Position numbers and translations under genes: made by a program. Of a stretch of 64,000 bases of DNA, positions 57,186 to 64,000 are shown in pieces. Origin of the DNA: Octopus vulgaris (Eukaryota); contig OX597832.1 of assembly GCA_951406725.2 (NCBI GenBank), forward strand, positions 32,736,001-32,800,000, written 5' to 3'. The notes beneath the pieces were generated by a model. That model saw nothing but the letters and a program-made list of their open reading frames with translations, made no database searches and was not told the DNA's origin. Positions within the stretch are counted from its first letter, which is position 1. Each line of letters begins with the position of its first letter.

Positions 57186-60159
57186 TTCTATTCGTTTAGA
57201 CCGAACCCTCGGCTAACATAACCACGCAACATCAAACTCGACAACCACATTATAAGTCAATAAGCACACGTTAGTATTTGCCGTTGCATTTCTTCGTCAT
57301 AGAATTAATATCACTGGTTGCGGACTGTAATCATAAATAGCCGCAAATATCTTCAGCTCGAAGCAAATCTGATTATTGGTGAGAAGCTTTTACGTTAGGA
57401 TAATTCCTTCTGCAAATGGCTGGAGAGATTAAGGACGAAGTAAACCGTAATATTATTAACTGAAGAATGACAAACCGAAATAAGGTTGACGTCAATGATG
57501 TTACTAAGTGTTACGGTAGGGATGATGATGATGATGATGATGAGGATGATGAGGAGGAGGAGGGAATCTATGAAGAGGAAATATGATGACGGCGACGACG
57601 AGGAAATCTATGATTTGTTTATGCTAATCATCACGAAGATGATTATGTTGATCATAAATGAGATAATGTTAAAGCACTGCATTAGTAGTAGCAGCAGTAT
57701 TATTATCATTATTATTATCATCATTATTATTATTAGTAGTAGTAGTAGATGCTTTTGTTGCTGTTATTATTCTTATTATTGTTATTATTATTATTGTTGT
57801 TGTTGTTGTTGTTGTAATTATTATTTTATGTTTGACTTTTGCTTTGTATTTGTACCAGTTGGCTCTAAGTCTCACTCAGAGACCTCATGAGACAATAAGT
57901 TGGAAGTTCATGTTGGTGTTATTCCTAGGGTGTCATATATTTGGTTCTGCACATAGTGTTATGAAACCATAAGAAAATTCTGTCTGTTTTGAAATTTGAA
58001 ATTAGATTTCATAGACGGAGACTGAAAGAAGCTCCTCGCATACATGTATGTATATTTGTGTTTATGTCTGCTCTCTATCCACCGCTTGACAACCGATGTT
58101 AACTTCTTTACGTCCCCCGCAAATTAGCGGTTCGACAATAGTCGCCGATAGAATAAGTAAGAGATATAGAAATATGTACTGGGTCGATTATTTTGCTGAA
58201 AACCCTTCAATTTGGTTCCTTAGAATGACTGCACTCAAATGACTGCAACAGGAAAAATATAAGAGTTCTTTTAATACGACTTTTCCAAAATATCTCCTCG
58301 AAATTCTTTCGGATTAATCTCTCCTATAAACATAAATTCAGCATAGATATAAGGCTTCAGTTTATGCGATAAATCTTATTCAATTTGTGCAGCCATTTTT
58401 ATTTGTCAATTAAGTATAATTGACTCAAATTTTTACACCCTAATAATTTTATTGTTATGAATATCTACAACTGATAATTAAATATTCAATAACTCTTACG
58501 TAATAATTCACTTAGCACTCGAAAATTACTTCAAAATAATAACAAAACAATAACAATGGCGTTAACTATTAACTGTAAATTAAAATTTTAATCAGTATTT
58601 GTTGCGTATTTTAACATTCAATAAACTACTAACCAATACACACGTTCTACTCAGCCTTTCCTATTTTCAACAAGTTTTCGTATGCGACGAACATATTTAT
58701 ATATTCAAAAAGCCATAAATATTCCGCTCTTTTCTTATAAAATTTCAACTGCCATATTCTCCCCCAATTATTTTTTTTAATGTTTCTTTTATTATTTCAT
58801 CCGTTAAAAGCAGCATGCTGGCAGTATCGTTAAGCATTCTGAGCATAATACTAAACGGCATTTCGTCCGTCTTTACGTTCTGAGTTCAAATCCCGCCGAG
58901 GTCGACTTTGCTTTTCATCCTTTCGGGGTCGATGAATTAAGTACCAGTTGCATACTTGGTCCCTTTCACCAAAATTTCGGGCCTTGTGCCTAGAGTAGAA
59001 AAGAGTATCGTTAGCAGGCCATGCAAAATAGTATTTCGTCTGTCATTGCGCTCTGATACATACACACACACATATATATATAAGGAAAATAAGATCCGGT
59101 AAAAAATGCTAAAATAATTTTATCATGAAGATCATTTTGGTACAGGTTTCAGCCTTTGCGACGTTTTCAACATAGAGTAAAGCATAAAAAGCAATTAAAT
59201 TGTGGAAAAATTACATGAAATCTCTTTCAAAATATTTCCATAGTTTTAAATTGAAGGGATATTTTCCTTTTTTCTGTCTGTCTCTCGTCTCTCTTTCTTA
59301 TTCCTCTGGGTTCTAGCTAGTTAGCAGCAGCTAGTTTCACATGAATTCTGTCTTTGATTGTTTAAGCGTCAGTAGCTTTAGAGAAAAGAGGCGAAGAAGA
59401 AGGAGAAGAAGTGAAAGAATAATAAAAATGCGCGAGTCGTATGATAGTAGCAGGACATTAGGCTTGACATTCAGAACGTGCGCGGGTCGCAGTTTGCCCA
59501 CGGTTGTTCTATTCGTTTAGACCGAACCCTCGGCTAACATAACCACGCAACATCAAACTCGACAACCACATTATAAGTCAATAAGCACACGTTAGTATTT
59601 GCCGTTGCATTTCTTCGTCATAGAATTAATATCACTGGTTGCGGACTGTAATCATAAATAGCCGCAAATATCTTCAGCTCGAAGCAAATCTGATTATTGG
59701 TGAGAAGCTTTTACGTTAGGATAATTCCTTCTGCAAATGGCTGGAGAGATTAAGGACGAAGTAAACCGTAATATTATTAACTGAAGAATGACAAACCGAA
59801 ATAAGGTTGACGTCAATGATGTTACTAAGTGTTACGGTAGGGATGATGATGATGATGATGATGAGGATGATGATGATGAGGAGGAGGAGGAGGAGGGAAT
59901 CTATGAAGAGGAAATATGATGACGGCGACGACGAGGAAATGTATGATTTGTTTATGCTAATCATCACGAAGATGATTATGTTGATCATAAATGAGATAAT
60001 GTTAAAGCACTGCATTAGTAGTAGCAGCAGTATTATTATCATTATTATTATCATCATTATTATTATTAGTAGTAGTAGTAGATGCTTTTGTTGCTGTTAT
60101 TATTCTTATTATTGTTATTATTATTATTGTTGTTGTTGTTGTTGTTGTAATTATTATTT

Positions 60160-60831
60160 TATGTTTGACTTTTGCTTTGTATTTGTACCAGTTGGCTCTA
60201 AGTCTCACTCAGAGACCTCATGAGACAATAAGTTGGAAGTTCATGTTGGTGTTATGCCTAGGGTGTCATATATTTGGTTCTGCACATAGTGTTGTTCTAG
60301 GGAATGTTTAAGAAACCATAAGAAAATTCTGTCTGTTTTGAAATTTGAAATTACGTAGACAGTATTTAACGTAGGATATTGGCAGTTCCCATGAGCACCA
60401 TCTTTTGAATTCTGCCCTTTTGCGGGGTCACGGTATCTGAGCTAGTTAACAATCAACCCATTTTGCTATCATTCTTAGGGCACCTATGACAGCAGGTATT
60501 GTTTTAGTCTTCAGGTTCCGCATTTTGCTAATTTCTATTTCAAGATATTTATACTTGCTCAGTTTTTGGTAGGTCTTGACAGATGTTTTTATATCGATTG
60601 GGACAGTCATATCAATGAGGAGGCATGATTTTTGTCTGAGGGCTTTCAATATGATGTCTGGCCTATTCACATCTATCTTTCTGTCAGTTTGAATGGTAAA
60701 GTTTTAGAGGAGTGAGATATGATCATTTTCAAGCTCTGGCGGTGGTTTGTGTACCCACCAGTTTTTATCATGGGGCAAGTCCAAGTTTTTGCAAATTATC
60801 CACTGAATATATTGTGCAGCTCTATCATGCC

Positions 60832-60832
<1 letters not shown>
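60160..60832 (-). mobile_element. 5'-truncated R4/Dong-like LINE (REL + 3' UTR), same family as 28815-30186
   Basis: RHDRAAQYIQWIICK..NRPDIILK..LLIDMTVPID..KLSKYKYLEIEI; (ATT)n at the 5' junction. Confidence 0.9.
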
Positions 60833-60897
<65 letters not shown>

Positions 60898-60899
60898 GA

Positions 60900-61152
60900 A
60901 TATTATTTTTTCCCTATTTCTTCAAATTTATTTCCGTTTCTCGCCGAGTGTTTTCCATACACCAAGGGCAGAGAAGCTCATTGTATGCATTCCCAGATTA
61001 CACACGCAAATTTACAAGTAAAATATGTATTTAAAAATTAACAAATAAATAAATTCATGGATGGATGGATGTTGTTTTCACAGCGATAATGCTCTTCTCA
61101 GTACATGAGTCGTTCCAGTTAAAACTAGTTTTTGGACTTCCTGTAGCGATGG
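60900..61152 (-). mobile_element. Short 3' fragment of a second REL-LINE family
   Basis: PSLQEVQKLVLTGTTHVLRRALSL* plus a UTR homologous to 62530-62790. Confidence 0.8.
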
Positions 61153-61173
61153 TATTATTATTATTATTATTAT

Positions 61174-61594
61174 CATTCAGTAGTTTTATTTTTATAGCGT
61201 GCTTTCACTTCACTACCGAGCGCAGCTCTGTGTGCCTTGGGTATGTGCTGTGAGTTGTTGTGATGCTCTGATGGTTATTGTATGGAAAGTGTTCTGCGTA
61301 GGATGTGTGCAGTGCCTAATAGTGCAATTTTCTGTATGTTATATGTGTTTGTAAGTCCTGGTGTTTTTGTTATGTATTTGTCTGAATATTTTTTTATCAT
61401 GCCTAATGCACCTACTATGATAGGAATTGTTTCTGTTTTCAGGTTCCACATTCTAGTTATCTCTATTTCCAGGTCTTTGTATTTTGAGAGTTTCTCCATT
61501 TCTTTTAGAGACACGTTGTCATCTGCCGGTATTGATACATTAATTAGAAAGCATTTTTTTCTTCATGATCTCTTCATGATCTCTTCATGATCTC

Positions 61595-61595
<1 letters not shown>
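61174..61595 (-). mobile_element. 3' fragment of a third REL-LINE family
   Basis: CFLINVSIPADDNVSLKEMEKLSKYKDLEIEITRMWNLKTETIPIIVGALG..AHILRRTLSIQ*. Confidence 0.9.
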
Positions 61596-61666
<71 letters not shown>

Positions 61667-62176
61667 GAGTGAGAGACCAATGCATAACGTCAAACTGATC
61701 CTGGGATACAAATATACACAGCCCAGTATCCCTATCATGACTACCCGTCTGATGAGTGTAGTCCCGCACAGTATATCACAACCATATGCGCGTGACATAC
61801 TGTCCTCATATCAAGATAAACGGCGCAGGTGGGGCTCGGTTGGAATCTTCCTCGGGTCGACTAACCGATCATGCTTAAAATGTCCCTAAATAAGGTTTGT
61901 TTGAGGATGAAGAACGAAACACCTGTGTCTCCAAGGGCGAGTTATTGAAACCCCAAATAATTCCGCTCAACACTATGATGCGCTACAAATACTTCCGCTC
62001 GTGATCACTGATGTACATATTGTTAGCCACTGAGTAACTTGCTCAAGTGTCAATGAACTGCCAAGAAATATGTGGTACTGAGAAGAATGTTTAGGGTACC
62101 CCATCTAATATACCAAGACAAAATCTGTACATTATAAGACTTCTAATCAGTAAAGGTCAGAAGCGAAGATAGCCAT
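61667..62176 (-). mobile_element. LINE 3' UTR-like repeat, homologous to 2081-2630
   Basis: GAGTGAGAGA..CATGACTACC.GTCTG..CTCATATCAAGATAAAC; abuts (ATT)n. Confidence 0.7.
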
Positions 62177-62184
62177 TAATTGTT

Positions 62185-62512
62185 ATTATATGCACTGAAT
62201 GCAGCTCTATATGACTTGGGTATTGTGTTTTCTTTCGCTGTTAATTTATTTTCTAGACAGTGGTATTGTATAAGTTCTGCACAGAGTTTAACGGTTCTAA
62301 TTTTTATATGATATATATATCCGAATGTACTGATATTTTGATTATGTCTCTGAACAATACCGATGGTACATGTTATCAGACAGATTGTTTCTGTCTTTTG
62401 GAGCCACATTCGGATTATCTTTATTTCCAGTTGTTTACATTTTGAGATTTTTGATATTGTCATCTGTTGGAGTTGATATATTGACTAAGGGACATTTTAC
62501 ACTTGATCGTCC
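62185..62512 (-). pseudogene. Decayed REL-LINE 3' fragment
   Basis: VNISTPTDDNI..KISKCKQLEIKIIRMWLQKTETI. Confidence 0.7.
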
Positions 62513-62529
62513 TTATTATTATTACTATG

Positions 62530-62880
62530 TCTTTTTCCCCTTATTTCTTCAAATTTTCTTCCATTTCTCGCCGCGTGTTTTCCGTACACCTAGGGCAGAG
62601 AAGCTCATTGTATGCATTCCCAGATTGCACGCGCAAATTCACAGGTAAAATATGTATTTAAAAAATTATTAAACAAATAAATTCATGAATGAATATTTTT
62701 TCCCCAGCGATAATGTTCTTCTCAGTACATGAGTCGTTGCTGTTAACACTAATTTTTGCACTTCCTGTAGCGAAGGTAATCCTGGTATCATTTTCGAATA
62801 GGTTTCAGTTCCTTTTTATCATTGCTAGAGATCCTACAATCACTGGGAGTGTAGTCGCCTTGAGATGCCACATTTTAAAA
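62530..62880 (-). mobile_element. REL-LINE 3' fragment (family of 60900-61152)
   Basis: KMWHLKATTLPVIVGSLAMIK..PGLPSLQEVQKLVLTATTHVLRRTLSL. Confidence 0.8.
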
Positions 62881-62924
<44 letters not shown>

Positions 62925-63017
62925 GCAGCAGCAGCAGTGGTAGTAGTAGTAGAAGTAGTAATAGTCGTAATAGTAGTAGCAGCAGTAGTAACAGCAACAA
63001 CAGCAGAATTTTTCTAC

Positions 63018-63048
<31 letters not shown>

Positions 63049-63094
63049 AACTAGTAGTAGTAGTAGTAGTATTTGTTATTATTGCTGTCTTTTA

Positions 63095-63650
63095 AACGAG
63101 TTGGTTCCATTTTTCCTCTTTCACCCCGAGACTCCGAGTAACAGCAAGCTGGACGTTTTAATATGTGTAGTGCATCCTATTGCATGGAAGCAGCTTATGG
63201 ATTTTCTTGTCAATCTTCCTTATTTCGATTATATTCCAGTCCAACACATTGGAACTCTAAATAACAACAGAAACTGTTAAGAAATGTATGGCTAACCACC
63301 TTGTTACTTGCATTTAACTCATATTTCAGGACTTACCGAACTTTCCTGTCACATTTCTTCCTCTGCTTTTCTTTCATGCTTGCATGCAGAATGATGTAGC
63401 TTTCATTTATTCCAAGGTATCTGAAAGTTTGTTCCTGCTCAAGTTCTTTTATGACTGTGTCAACATCTAACACCACTGAATTTGAGATCTTCATCAGTTT
63501 CCCTTTCTAGAAAGAGGCCTTGTCATATTTACTAAGACCAAACTCCATCCCAATGTCACCACCGAATGCTTTTACAATATTTAATACTCCTTCAAGCTCA
63601 TTATTGTTTTTGCCATAAAAATTCTTCAACCATCCATAATGAGATATATG
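63095..63650 (-). pseudogene. R4/Dong-like RT C-terminal fragment
   Basis: FYGKNNNELEGVLNIVKAFGGDIGMEFGLSKY..ELEQEQTFRYLGINE; the YMDD motif is degenerate. Confidence 0.8.
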
Positions 63651-63651
<1 letters not shown>

Positions 63652-63681
<30 letters not shown>

Positions 63682-63789
63682 CTTCTTCTTCTTCTTCTTC
63701 TTCTTCTTCTTCTTCTTCTTCTTCTTCTTCTTCTTCTTCTTCTTCTTCTTCTTCTCTTTCTTCTTCTTCTCCTTCTTCTTCGTCTTCTT

Positions 63790-63820
<31 letters not shown>

Positions 63821-63870
63821 ATTAATTAATTAATTAATTTAATTAATTAAATTAATTAATATATTAATTT
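63652..63870. repeat. (CTT)n then (TAAT)n microsatellite
   Basis: Direct reading. Confidence 0.95.
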
Positions 63871-64000
63871 ATTAGCACTTTCACTTCTTTGTGTTCTCGT
63901 ATTCTCTTGTCCCGGCTAATTCTGTAAGAGCGGACAAAGATCAGTTGCCAAAGATTTCACCGGGCACCTTTCCACAACCCTTAACACCAAACCACCAGCC

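Larger units (their letters stand above)
55684..60353. repeat. Head-to-tail tandem duplication of a ~2.32-kb unit (55684-58004 and 58004-60353)
   Basis: Near-identical copies differing by a few SNVs, microsatellite lengths and one ~17-bp indel. Confidence 0.97.

Overview
AT-rich, microsatellite-saturated animal (eukaryotic) DNA. The repeat families look to me like those of coleoid cephalopods (Octopus-like); that is recognition from memory, not a database result. I found no confident host protein-coding exon, and nearly all ORFs in the track are translations of simple repeats. The window holds: (i) more than 10 decayed fragments of restriction-endonuclease-type (R4/Dong-like) non-LTR retrotransposons, all on the minus strand and mostly next to (ATT)n tracts, with a stacked cluster at about 60.2-64 kb; (ii) many tRNA-derived SINEs; (iii) Penelope-like element (PLE) remnants (RT and GIY-YIG) plus short PLE-terminus-like repeats carrying hammerhead-ribozyme motifs, from one canonical core to stem-preserving non-canonical cores, two of them in the loop of inverted repeats; (iv) Tc1/mariner transposase pseudogenes, a non-autonomous Helitron and hAT-like ends; (v) a full-length U6 snRNA copy fused to a SINE and followed by a ~220-nt fold-back; (vi) a near-identical 2.3-kb tandem duplication. 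Most repeat boundaries are approximate (read by eye).
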